64,000 bases of DNA from Escherichia phage AV110: sequence record OR352940.1; one strand, given 5' to 3'. Positions 1 through 8,933 of the stretch are shown one piece after another. Position 1 is the stretch's first letter. The number at the start of each line of letters is the position of its first letter. The translations under genes and the position numbers were made by a program. Under the pieces are notes generated by a model, which saw nothing but the letters and a program-made list of their open reading frames with translations, was not told where the DNA came from and did no database searches.

Positions 1-96
1 AATCTTTACATATCTTTCACTAATTTCCATTATGTCATTAATGAAAGTTGTTTTACCAGCATTATCCGGGCCATCTACTAAAATAATTTTAGCCAT
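1..96 (-). CDS. P-loop NTPase/kinase-like protein, N-terminal fragment (gene runs off window start)
   Basis: Minus-strand ATG at 94-96; translated N-terminus MAKIILVDGPDNAGKTTFIN has a Walker A motif (GxxxxGKT). Not UvsX-like. Confidence 0.5.
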   Translation of the reverse strand, partial: MAKIILVDGPDNAGKTTFINDIMEISERYVKI

Positions 97-97
97 T

Positions 98-997
98 TTA
101 TTCCTCGATTACGACATCTTCATATTTAGGTATATTATACGGCGAAGAAATTAAAGCATTAAAGTAGATGAACTCACCAAGACCTGGATGGAATACTTCT
201 TCAGGATTTTCGAAATATTGAATTTTCGGACGCCCTTTAAGAATTTGATAGTACTCTGTTTTAGTTGGTTTAAAAATTCGAATCAGCGCTTCTTCAGGAT
301 ACTTATTTCTGTCGAAGCTATTATTTGGATCGGTTATATAAAGCGGTTGGCCTAATTGAATTGCACATTCAACCACTTGTTCAAAACGATAGCACGGGTC
401 ACTAATTCGAAATGGATGAAAAATACCATCTAGATAAATAGGAGCCAAATCACCTACAAGACGCTGCATGATGGAAGGACGTATAACTTTCTGCGTTACG
501 ATAATCTTATTACCATCTGCACCTGCGTTAACCAGCACTTCTTTTTGACGTTCATTCAACACAGTAGTTTGAAGTGAACGATTAACCGACAACATATCAG
601 TTTTTAAGAATTCATCAATATAAAAACGTGGTTTATTAGGGTCTGCAGTGATATTGAAATTGAATTCCACATCAAAAGCGCCGTCATATCCAGTGATATC
701 TGTGATTAGAAAATCACAGTCATAATAAGCAATTAATGAATCAACCACAAATCCATTTTCAGACCAGAAATATTTACGAGTGTTATACGCGTTATCTTTA
801 TACCATAATGGAACAAACTTAAATTCTGGAAAAAGACGTTCGCATTCTTTAATATCAGATGCATTACGTGGATATGTAATCACATCACCCGGATTAGCAC
901 GGTGCAAATGAAGTTGGAAGTTGCCATCCTTAAGGATAGCATACTGTCCAGTTTCATAAGACCGCATACTCAAGATTGGTACGCGGAAAATAGCCAT
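98..997 (-). CDS. hypothetical protein (299 aa); positional candidate for the hmC-DNA glycosyltransferase (T4 beta-gt slot)
   Basis: Long minus-strand ORF next to gene 42 homologue; no motif recognised; function inferred from synteny only. Confidence 0.55.
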   Translation of the reverse strand: MAIFRVPILSMRSYETGQYAILKDGNFQLHLHRANPGDVITYPRNASDIKECERLFPEFKFVPLWYKDNAYNTRKYFWSENGFVVDSLIAYYDCDFLITDITGYDGAFDVEFNFNITADPNKPRFYIDEFLKTDMLSVNRSLQTTVLNERQKEVLVNAGADGNKIIVTQKVIRPSIMQRLVGDLAPIYLDGIFHPFRISDPCYRFEQVVECAIQLGQPLYITDPNNSFDRNKYPEEALIRIFKPTKTEYYQILKGRPKIQYFENPEEVFHPGLGEFIYFNALISSPYNIPKYEDVVIEE

Positions 998-1713
998 TAG
1001 TCAAGGAATCCTTTAACATAATCAAAATCACGTTCAAACACATGGGCACTTACCATGGTATGAGTATAATCACCAACTTCTACACCGCATTCGTTAGCGA
1101 TATAATGAAGTAATTTTCCTTGGAGATAAAAATCCAACTGCATAACAACAGCACAGTTCTGAGAACGCATATGACAGTGGGTATAAAGCTTACCATCACG
1201 AATATAATAAGTCACTGAGTCAGTACATGGATATTCAAGTGTTTCGTCTGAATCAAGCAAAGCCTGATCAGAACTTTCTAGAATTTGGAACACAACTCTT
1301 CGGGAGTTAGGCTTCTCTTTAAGTTCTTTTAGAAGAGCTGGTAATTGAGCCGCAATGCGAGGACCATAGAAAGTGTTGAAGTTCGCCGGCAAAACATCTG
1401 ATTTTGGTTTAGAAATAAATTTAGCGACATTAGGATATGTCTTAAACGCTTCTTCTGCGTTGGTACCACCAGAAATCATAAACTTCCAGAAGTCTTCGGC
1501 ATATTCATAAGAGATGCGGTTAATACGTGGGTCGGTCATTTTGAATGATGATGGAGTGTCAACAACTACTGTCATAGACCCAATTTCATTACAACGTCCA
1601 ATACGAGAATCAGTTACGAATTCCGGGTTTTCTAAAATTTCACGATTGACTGCTTTAAATGCGGTTTGAAAATCTGCGGCTTTGATATATTTCATTGTGT
1701 TATGTTTTCCCAT
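997..1713 (-). CDS. 42: dCMP hydroxymethylase-like (thymidylate synthase superfamily)
   Basis: 238 aa; segment YPCTDSVTYYIRDGKLYTHCHMRSQNCAV resembles the T4 gp42 catalytic-Cys region as I recall it; sits upstream of gene 43 as in T4. Confidence 0.75.
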   Translation of the reverse strand: MGKHNTMKYIKAADFQTAFKAVNREILENPEFVTDSRIGRCNEIGSMTVVVDTPSSFKMTDPRINRISYEYAEDFWKFMISGGTNAEEAFKTYPNVAKFISKPKSDVLPANFNTFYGPRIAAQLPALLKELKEKPNSRRVVFQILESSDQALLDSDETLEYPCTDSVTYYIRDGKLYTHCHMRSQNCAVVMQLDFYLQGKLLHYIANECGVEVGDYTHTMVSAHVFERDFDYVKGFLD

Positions 1714-1755
1714 GTTTACCTCAATACAATTTATTATATACTCAATTCGTAAAGC

Positions 1756-1995
1756 TTATTTGAATTTCTTGACAATGTTGACATAACGTAAAGCTTCAGC
1801 ATCGATACTTCCAAGAACACTATGAAGAAATGCATCAGCGTAGTATTCCAATTGAACAGGTTCTTTAATCACTTTAGCCGCTTTAGTTTCAAACAGGCCC
1901 ATCAGGGCCTTTTTAAGAATTTGTTCATTAGTGTTCAGATTCATAGTCAAAATCTCTTCATTAAGTTGGTGGTTAAAAGTTTTTCTAGAAATCAT
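1756..1995 (-). CDS. hypothetical protein (79 aa)
   Basis: ORF in operon orientation; 4-nt overlap with next gene. Confidence 0.45.
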   Translation of the reverse strand: MISRKTFNHQLNEEILTMNLNTNEQILKKALMGLFETKAAKVIKEPVQLEYYADAFLHSVLGSIDAEALRYVNIVKKFK

Positions 1996-3152
1996 TCCGG
2001 GTACCTCAAAGCGTCATCAGAGTTAGTTATATCAATAATAGATATAGAGTTTTCTGCTAACCCGTTTTTAGATAATTGACGTTTATAATATCTTTCACAA
2101 TATGTACACGTCGTCCCGCAGATTTCATTAGCACAATCGAAATCTGGATGTCTGAACCACCTTTTTTCTAAAAAGCCATCTAACAAAGAGGTTTCAATAT
2201 TTACTGTATGTGAAAACTCAGTTTCGTTTTCAAGAGTGAAAATAGTCTCTAAAGGCTTCCACAGTTCTAACAAATTACCTTCAAACTTTTCAGAAGCGTA
2301 TGCTTCAAGAACTTTCAAAATGTAGTCTGTGCTACCTGTACGTCCTGAAACTTTGAATTGAGTGATACCAATATCATTATAAAGTTTCAAATCTTGAGGA
2401 CGAACAAAACGAGTTCTCAACCAGTTAAATGGGTCTGTATCACGAGCTTTAATACAGTGCTGCATAGGATATCCGTTTAAGGATTTAGCATCATCAGCTG
2501 TAACATCAGTACTATGGAAAATATAGCAAGAGTCACGATAGCTACAATGTGTTGTATACCCTTTACCAGCATTAGAACAGAACTCATTTACAAGAACTTC
2601 AAATATTATATTGTTCTTATTGCAAAACTCTGCTGCACGCTTCAGGAAAGAAACTGAACGGTTCTTATGAATTCCACAGCAGACCTTTTTGATATTATAT
2701 TGGTCATGCAAGTATTTGATTTGAGTTACAGCATCGACATGTAGAATTGTTGAAACTTCAATCTCAATGTCTTTATTGACTTCACGAACAATTTCCATAA
2801 CAACAGGGTTAGCGATAGTAATACGCCATACGCCTATTGACCAAAGATACTGAACATAATCCTGAATAGCTTTCTTCTTCCACTCAACTAGTTCTCTTTT
2901 TGAACCAGGATTTATCGTGTTGAGTGTATAGTTAAAGCAAATACCTAATTCGTTACAACGTTTAACGTAATCTTCTAACATCTTTTTGTCAACGTCAGGA
3001 AGCCTAAAATCAGGTCTGGCTGCTACAAAAGCCATTTCTCTTGTAGAGCCATATACTTCGTTTATCAAGCTATTAGGATAGGTTTTATTGAGCTCTACGA
3101 TTTTATCAAGAAGAGCTAAATCAAAATTTGTTCCGATTTTAAAAGTATTCAT
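1992..3152 (-). CDS. Cys-rich enzyme-like protein (386 aa) with C-terminal CxxxCxYC motif; function unknown
   Basis: Long ORF; C-terminal ...CANEICGTTCTYCERYY contains a CX3CX2C Fe-S-type motif with the aromatic residue typical of radical-SAM clusters, but at the C-terminus. Confidence 0.65.
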   Translation of the reverse strand: MNTFKIGTNFDLALLDKIVELNKTYPNSLINEVYGSTREMAFVAARPDFRLPDVDKKMLEDYVKRCNELGICFNYTLNTINPGSKRELVEWKKKAIQDYVQYLWSIGVWRITIANPVVMEIVREVNKDIEIEVSTILHVDAVTQIKYLHDQYNIKKVCCGIHKNRSVSFLKRAAEFCNKNNIIFEVLVNEFCSNAGKGYTTHCSYRDSCYIFHSTDVTADDAKSLNGYPMQHCIKARDTDPFNWLRTRFVRPQDLKLYNDIGITQFKVSGRTGSTDYILKVLEAYASEKFEGNLLELWKPLETIFTLENETEFSHTVNIETSLLDGFLEKRWFRHPDFDCANEICGTTCTYCERYYKRQLSKNGLAENSISIIDITNSDDALRYPE

Positions 3153-3211
3153 TTTTTTTGCATCTCACGTTAATTGATGCGATGGTTTTTTTGCAGGTCT
3201 TACTTAAATTA

Positions 3212-3613
3212 TTATAGATTCGGTTTATACGATTTAAATGTTTCGAATTCGCCTTTATTCATAAGAGCTTTGAATTCGTCAGGACGCATAGCTTTGTCGT
3301 CGATAATCCAATCATATACTGGTTTATGTGTTAGCAAATTATGGTACTTCAAGCCAATGTTTGCCAAGTTCTGAATCAGACTTGGGAGAATGTCAATTGC
3401 TATACGACCAGGACCTACTGACTTCATACCGCGAGCAGTGTAAAGCGTTATTGTATGCCCTGCATCATACAGAGCATTAATGGCAGACACCATTTCGACG
3501 TCCGGTTTGAAGTTCACATAATCACGATTGTTATTCCACTCTGTTATACAATCATCGACATCAAAACAAAGATTAAGCATGTTTTCTACACGGTGCATTA
3601 GATTCGTTCCCAT
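3212..3613 (-). CDS. small HAD-superfamily phosphatase-like protein (KdsC-like)
   Basis: 133 aa; motif FDVDDCIT matches HAD motif I (DxDx[T/V]). Confidence 0.6.
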   Translation of the reverse strand: MGTNLMHRVENMLNLCFDVDDCITEWNNNRDYVNFKPDVEMVSAINALYDAGHTITLYTARGMKSVGPGRIAIDILPSLIQNLANIGLKYHNLLTHKPVYDWIIDDKAMRPDEFKALMNKGEFETFKSYKPNL

Positions 3614-5283
3614 TGATGAGTGATATCGCCACCGATTGGACGATAAGAAACACCAGTTTCTTTATCAGTTAGTACCCATTTACCAGGATTTTTTGTAATC
3701 AGAGTAGCCGTTACAGGTTCTGCTACGTCATAACTAATAGAGCCGTCCTGAAGTACACGGCCCATGTTACGTAATTGCTTAGTCAGAAGTTCCATACCTT
3801 TATAATATGCGGCTACCGCTTTAAGTGGATTATTCTTGAAATAACCACCTAATGCAATCCAGATAATTGCTACAGCCAAATGATGATATTCATTAAACGA
3901 ACTCAGCTTTCCATATTTGTAAACTAATGGATTGATGTTAATAGTCACATTACAAGTTGTTTCATCAATAGTAAACTGTCCCCAGGTCGGATTAGCGTTG
4001 AATTCATCATAACCTGAAACAGCGTAAAGCACTTTAGCTTCGTCGTACAATTTCGGCCCGTAAATCTTGGTTTCGCCAAAATATCCACGAGGGTCGATAA
4101 ACTTGACTTCGCCGTTATCAGTAATCATAGTATTACTGAAGTTCGGGTCACCATGAATAACAGAGTACTGTCCCTGAGAACGGTTATGATAACGAATAAG
4201 GTGTTCTAAAGCTTGTTTCAGCATTGGCTTCAGACGTCCAATCTTAGTGTAGTTCACATGTGTGATTTTACCAAATGAATCAATCAATGGTTGAATGCTT
4301 TCACAACGATCAATAACTTTCGTATAGAATTCTTTAGTGAAATCACGACGAACAGTTTCAGGACTTACAAAATAAGTGTCTGCGCTGAATTTCAGTGCAT
4401 CTAAAATTGCATCAATAATTTGTGGACGAGCAAGACTTGATTTTGATTTAATATATTCAAATGCCGGCTTACCTTTAATGCGTTCCATTTCAAAGTTATT
4501 TTCATTAACAGAAACTAACTGAGGAACTGAATCTGATTTCACTTTCAAATACCACGAAATCTCATCTTTCTGAAGAGCTCGACCCTGTTCGGTTAATGCG
4601 AATTTAGTTACAGTTTCTTCGCCAATTTCAACTGCATTAAAACTACGGTTCAGTTCACGAACTTCATGGGCCTTTTCAAGTTTAGGCATATCACCAAGGT
4701 CGATGATATTCATAAGCTCTGATTTATTGAATGCGCCGCTGTAAAGGAATTCTACGAAATCACGTCCTTTGCAGTATTCATGAATTTCCTCATCGGTAGA
4801 ACCCATATAGAATTCCCAGTCTTTGAACTGATAAATTCCTACAACATTACCGCCTGTTTCACCTACATTAGTGATATTTTCACCATCGAAATTATACCGA
4901 CATTCATCACCCTTAACATAGATTGCGTTAACATTCCAAGACCAAGAACCAAAATCGGGAATAATATCACACCAGTTAACAATTACATTATGGCCGTCTA
5001 AATCTTTGTGTAATTTAGCAAGAGCATAAGCAGAACCATACGCTTCATCAACTGTACGAATAGTCACATTGAACCCTTCTTGCTCACAATAAGCTCGAAC
5101 AGTTTCAGCAAATTTTGAATGAACTACTACAATAATTTCATCTGCGCCAAGGTCAGAATAAATTGTATACAAATTGCTCAGAATAGTGTCTTGCTTATAG
5201 TTAACAAGCACCTTAGGAATATGATGCGTTATTGGATACAAACGAGTTGCCAGTCCAGCACCAAGAATAACAGCTTTTTTCAT
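3598..5283 (-). CDS. bifunctional sugar-1-phosphate nucleotidyltransferase / APH-ChoK-like kinase
   Basis: 561 aa; N-terminus MKKAVILGAGLATRLYPIT is the G-x-G-T-R-L NDP-sugar pyrophosphorylase signature; C-terminal half has HGDPNFSN...FIDPRGYFG (Brenner HGD kinase motif plus DFG-like). Confidence 0.8.
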   Translation of the reverse strand: MKKAVILGAGLATRLYPITHHIPKVLVNYKQDTILSNLYTIYSDLGADEIIVVVHSKFAETVRAYCEQEGFNVTIRTVDEAYGSAYALAKLHKDLDGHNVIVNWCDIIPDFGSWSWNVNAIYVKGDECRYNFDGENITNVGETGGNVVGIYQFKDWEFYMGSTDEEIHEYCKGRDFVEFLYSGAFNKSELMNIIDLGDMPKLEKAHEVRELNRSFNAVEIGEETVTKFALTEQGRALQKDEISWYLKVKSDSVPQLVSVNENNFEMERIKGKPAFEYIKSKSSLARPQIIDAILDALKFSADTYFVSPETVRRDFTKEFYTKVIDRCESIQPLIDSFGKITHVNYTKIGRLKPMLKQALEHLIRYHNRSQGQYSVIHGDPNFSNTMITDNGEVKFIDPRGYFGETKIYGPKLYDEAKVLYAVSGYDEFNANPTWGQFTIDETTCNVTININPLVYKYGKLSSFNEYHHLAVAIIWIALGGYFKNNPLKAVAAYYKGMELLTKQLRNMGRVLQDGSISYDVAEPVTATLITKNPGKWVLTDKETGVSYRPIGGDITHQWERI

Positions 5284-5324
5284 GTTGAAGTCCTCATTGG
5301 TAAGTAGGAGTATTGTACACTATT

Positions 5325-5468
5325 CTAGTTAAAGCATTCATACTTTGCCTGTAGACCAATCATAATCCATCCAATTACAAGTGTTGGAATCATTACCGGA
5401 GCCGTTAAGCTCCAGTAGATAGTCATGGCAAGCATCAATAGTAAAAGTCCTATTGTTATTGCTTTCAT
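5325..5468 (-). CDS. small hydrophobic membrane protein (47 aa), below ORF-track cutoff
   Basis: ATG overlaps stop of upstream SIS gene (ATGA); GAGG upstream; product MKAITIGLLLLMLAMTIYWSLTAPVMIPTLVIGWIMIGLQAKYECFN is a predicted TM peptide. Confidence 0.35.
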   Translation of the reverse strand: MKAITIGLLLLMLAMTIYWSLTAPVMIPTLVIGWIMIGLQAKYECFN

Positions 5469-6100
5469 TGTTCGCCTCGTAACATGGCACCTAGTGCACC
5501 ACCTGGATGGAACTTAAGGAAGTCATTAGAGGTAAATCCACGTTCAGACGAAAGGTTGATAGCGAACGTATCGATAAGCGCTAACAACAATGTAGTAGAC
5601 ATTGTCGGAGCTAAAGAGTTCTCGTCAACTTCTACCGCGATACCGGTACAGAACGTATAATCAAAAAGAGCTTCGTATTCTTGTGGAATGTCAGGGTTAC
5701 AATGTAACAGAATCTGTTTAACCTGAGGACGAATCATACGAAGATGTTTAGCAACACCTATCATTTCTTCAGTCTTACCAGAACGACTGATGTGAACTAA
5801 TACATCATTAGGTGCAATAAATCCTGCGTCACCATGAGAATAATGCCCAGTGTTCAAGTACATACTTGGGATACCGAGTGAAGCAAAAGTCTCGGAAGCT
5901 TTAGTTGCGATATTAGCGTTCTTACCAACACCTGTAATAATTACTCGGCTTTCATAATTACTAAGTCCCGGGCGTCGAAGAGTTTCTAGAATAGCATTAT
6001 AACGAGCAGGGTTTTGACTAATTACTTTAGCCATAGTGGCAAGAGATGAAGCTTGTTTTACGATTGCGTCAATAGCGATAGTGATTGGTGTAGTTTTCAT
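5465..6100 (-). CDS. SIS-domain sugar-phosphate isomerase, KdsD/GutQ (arabinose-5-phosphate isomerase)-like
   Basis: 211 aa; ITGVGKNANIATK and HYSHGDAGFI..ISRSGKTEE resemble KdsD SIS motifs; C-terminal FHPGGALG is KdsD-like; no CBS domains. Confidence 0.8.
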   Translation of the reverse strand: MKTTPITIAIDAIVKQASSLATMAKVISQNPARYNAILETLRRPGLSNYESRVIITGVGKNANIATKASETFASLGIPSMYLNTGHYSHGDAGFIAPNDVLVHISRSGKTEEMIGVAKHLRMIRPQVKQILLHCNPDIPQEYEALFDYTFCTGIAVEVDENSLAPTMSTTLLLALIDTFAINLSSERGFTSNDFLKFHPGGALGAMLRGEQ

Positions 6101-6140
6101 ATTTCTCTCATTTAATTAGTTGGCCGTCCTTGGCATTATA

Positions 6141-8852
6141 TCAAAAATCAAACATATCGAACAGAGATGCTTTCTTCTCGTAATCGAGTTTAGCTGCTGA
6201 TGTGAATCCTTCAAGTGGTTTAATAAATGTCTTCTCAAGGAGAACAGTGTAGTCCATCCAATGAAGTACGTCGTCTTTAATTAAATCTGTGATTTCAGTA
6301 CCAGAAGGCCATGCGATACATTTATCACCGAATGGGTTTCCTTCACGTAAAGGCAGAACATATACTTTTTCACCTTCTACAACTTGTGGTGCATCAATAT
6401 TACCTTTGATAGCTCGGTTATATGTCAGAATTCCACGAATATGGAACGGGCATTTAGGACCCGGGAATCCACCTACGTCATATTTAGCAATGTTATTCGC
6501 AGAAGATACCGACGCGATGCTAATATAATTCAATTGACGGAATTCTTTTTCAAACTCTTTAAAATATTCTTGTAATGATTCTTCACCTTCTTGAAGCATA
6601 CGACGAATACATTCTTTAAGAGCTTTCTGTACTGCTTTAGGAGTCGAAGATTTCTGAGTCTCTAGACCCATGATTTTGAGTTTAGGCTCAGCGTAACGAG
6701 TGCCTTCCATATCCCACACGTTTAATGCATAACGTTTCTTACCAGTCCAGAATCCACCAATACCTTTAGAACCGAGCGGAGGGCCAGCAATAGCTTCTCG
6801 GTCCATGAACATTAAGTGTTGTTTATTGTTCATGTATTCACACATTTCACGGAAACCTCTATCAATAGCAGGTTCCATACGTTCACGAGCGAACTTATCT
6901 AAGAAGTCTACCCAATGGTTGGTATCACGGAATTTAGATTCACCAACCTTATCGATAATTTTATCGGCAGATACGTAAATAGAGTCTGTATCACCATATA
7001 GAACGAAAGCTTCACCTTCTGTACCACAAACTTCATTCAGATATTCATTAACTTTACGTTCAATCCACTGTAAAGCCATTTGTCCGAATGTTGTGATTGC
7101 AGTAGCATTACGCAAATCATAATAACGGAACCAAACGTTGCCAAGTGCACCATAAAGTGAGTTGATAAGCAATTTACGGTTAATTTGTGCGGTCATACCT
7201 GCAACTTCAGTACGTTGAGCTCTAAACAACATTTCATTAAGAGATTTAGCAGACAACTTTTTAATCTTTTCTTTAATCTCATCACTGAAGTCGAAACGAT
7301 AATCAACATCTAATGGTTCGTCAACAGAAAGATTAGGATTATGCAATGCCTCTTTAATTATTTCACCATTACGTTGAGCTGCAAGCATATAACCTTTATG
7401 TTCTTTACGTTGATTAAAGACCTTAGTGATTTCAGTTGGAACTACACCATCACGGTCTTTATAATACATCATGCCGTTAGGAGAGCAACTGTACACATCT
7501 GAAGGACGTTCAGCGATTGCGTTAATATAATCATGCAATGGAGCTACTTTAAACGTTCCTGCTATTGTTTCCGGGCTAATATTCACTTGGCGAATAATAC
7601 TTGGATACAGAGATGTAAGGTCGAAACTCATTACATATTTGTATCGATTTGGAATAGGTTCCTTAACAAAAGCGCCAGGATAAGGTTGAACCGGGTGAGA
7701 ACGACCTTGTGGAATCACCTTGTTTTGTTCTTTAAGGCTATTAAAAATAATAGCATCCCAAGTTTTAATTGGACTGAACACAGATTGAATCTGAATTTTA
7801 GCATAATAACCCATGTCCAAGCTCAAGTTGATGAACTGACGCTTAGAATCAATTTGCAATACACGATACACGTCGATAATGTTATAAGAAATATATCGTT
7901 GGTGATTGCTTTCACGAAGCTTAGAAATAGGGCCGTCATATTTCAGTTTACCAACGTTCAATTCAAATTCTGAAATGTAATCCAGAGAATACGACGGTTG
8001 ATTGGTAAAAGAGAATTTTTTGTAAAGGTCAATGTAATCAAGAACAGAGATACCGAACAATGTAATGATTTCACGAGAACCATACATGTTTTCGATAACT
8101 TTAACACGAGTTTTACGATGCGGCGATAAACGTTTCGCAGTAGATTCGCCAAAAATATTCTTGATTCGGTTATACACATATGGAATATCAAATGACTCAA
8201 CGTTCCATCCAGTCAAAATGACAGGAGTTTTCTGTTGCCAGAAGTTGAGATATTCCATCAACAATTCTTTTTCGTTATCGAACGGCATATAAATGATTTT
8301 ATCGATAATTTCAGATGGAACTTCATCACCGCCTTGTTCTTGAAGCTTAGCAGCGATTTCAATAGACCATTCTTCTACATTACCATATGGAGAATTCAAT
8401 AGATCAAATACGTAGAACCTGTCGTCAATTGAGTCATAATGGGTGATAGCATCAATCGGATGTTTTGCTTGTGACGGCTCAGGGAACCCGTCCGGAGATG
8501 TTACTTCGATGTCGAAGTTAGCCACACGAATTTTTGTATGGTCGTATTTGATTTCATAGTTATAAGTGTCAGACAAATACGCCAATTTGAAATCGTCCAT
8601 GCCAAGTGCTTCAAGTCCGATATCTTCCATGCGTTTAATCCATTGGGAGGCATCACGCATATTAGCGAACAACTTACGAGTACACGGCTTACCGTAGATA
8701 TCGAAATATTTCGTAGCCTGACTTTCCGGACAATGAGCAAACAGTGATGGTTTATATTCTACTTCACGAGTACGTTCACGGCCATTAGAATCGATGTAAC
8801 GTTCAAAAATTGAATCACCAATCTGTTCAACCGTTAAGTAAAATTCTTTCAT
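6141..8852 (-). CDS. 43: DNA polymerase (family B), gp43
   Basis: 903 aa; exonuclease motifs (FDIEV, ..FDIPYVY), polymerase motifs (DxxSLYPS, YGDTDS); N-terminus MKEFYLTVEQIGDSIFERY matches RB69 gp43 as recalled. Confidence 0.97.
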   Translation of the reverse strand: MKEFYLTVEQIGDSIFERYIDSNGRERTREVEYKPSLFAHCPESQATKYFDIYGKPCTRKLFANMRDASQWIKRMEDIGLEALGMDDFKLAYLSDTYNYEIKYDHTKIRVANFDIEVTSPDGFPEPSQAKHPIDAITHYDSIDDRFYVFDLLNSPYGNVEEWSIEIAAKLQEQGGDEVPSEIIDKIIYMPFDNEKELLMEYLNFWQQKTPVILTGWNVESFDIPYVYNRIKNIFGESTAKRLSPHRKTRVKVIENMYGSREIITLFGISVLDYIDLYKKFSFTNQPSYSLDYISEFELNVGKLKYDGPISKLRESNHQRYISYNIIDVYRVLQIDSKRQFINLSLDMGYYAKIQIQSVFSPIKTWDAIIFNSLKEQNKVIPQGRSHPVQPYPGAFVKEPIPNRYKYVMSFDLTSLYPSIIRQVNISPETIAGTFKVAPLHDYINAIAERPSDVYSCSPNGMMYYKDRDGVVPTEITKVFNQRKEHKGYMLAAQRNGEIIKEALHNPNLSVDEPLDVDYRFDFSDEIKEKIKKLSAKSLNEMLFRAQRTEVAGMTAQINRKLLINSLYGALGNVWFRYYDLRNATAITTFGQMALQWIERKVNEYLNEVCGTEGEAFVLYGDTDSIYVSADKIIDKVGESKFRDTNHWVDFLDKFARERMEPAIDRGFREMCEYMNNKQHLMFMDREAIAGPPLGSKGIGGFWTGKKRYALNVWDMEGTRYAEPKLKIMGLETQKSSTPKAVQKALKECIRRMLQEGEESLQEYFKEFEKEFRQLNYISIASVSSANNIAKYDVGGFPGPKCPFHIRGILTYNRAIKGNIDAPQVVEGEKVYVLPLREGNPFGDKCIAWPSGTEITDLIKDDVLHWMDYTVLLEKTFIKPLEGFTSAAKLDYEKKASLFDMFDF

Positions 8853-8913
8853 TTAATTTCCTTTAGACGAGTTATTGTCTTTTGTTTGTTGATGAACTTA
8901 TTATACTCCAAAT

Positions 8914-8927
8914 GGGACCGAAGTCCC
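8914..8927 (-). promoter_or_regulatory. GGGAC-UUCG-GUCCC hairpin between regA and gene 43 (possible regA terminator / gp43 translational operator); TATAAT-like -10 just downstream
   Basis: Perfect 5-bp stem with UUCG tetraloop on the minus transcript, followed by AUUU; about 60 nt upstream of the gene 43 ATG. Confidence 0.35.
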
Positions 8928-8933
8928 ATTGCT

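Noticed and set aside
997-1713. Interpreting the 238-aa protein as thymidylate synthase rather than dCMP hydroxymethylase
   Set aside because: It sits at the gene 42 position and the Cys-region resembles T4 gp42 more than the TS PCH motif; substrate cannot be proven from sequence.
7533-7973. 146-aa plus-strand ORF inside gene 43 (also 6289-6528, 6384-6575, 8065-8292, 8538-8747)
   Set aside because: Antisense to a highly conserved polymerase gene; low-complexity translation; no start context. Treated as spurious.
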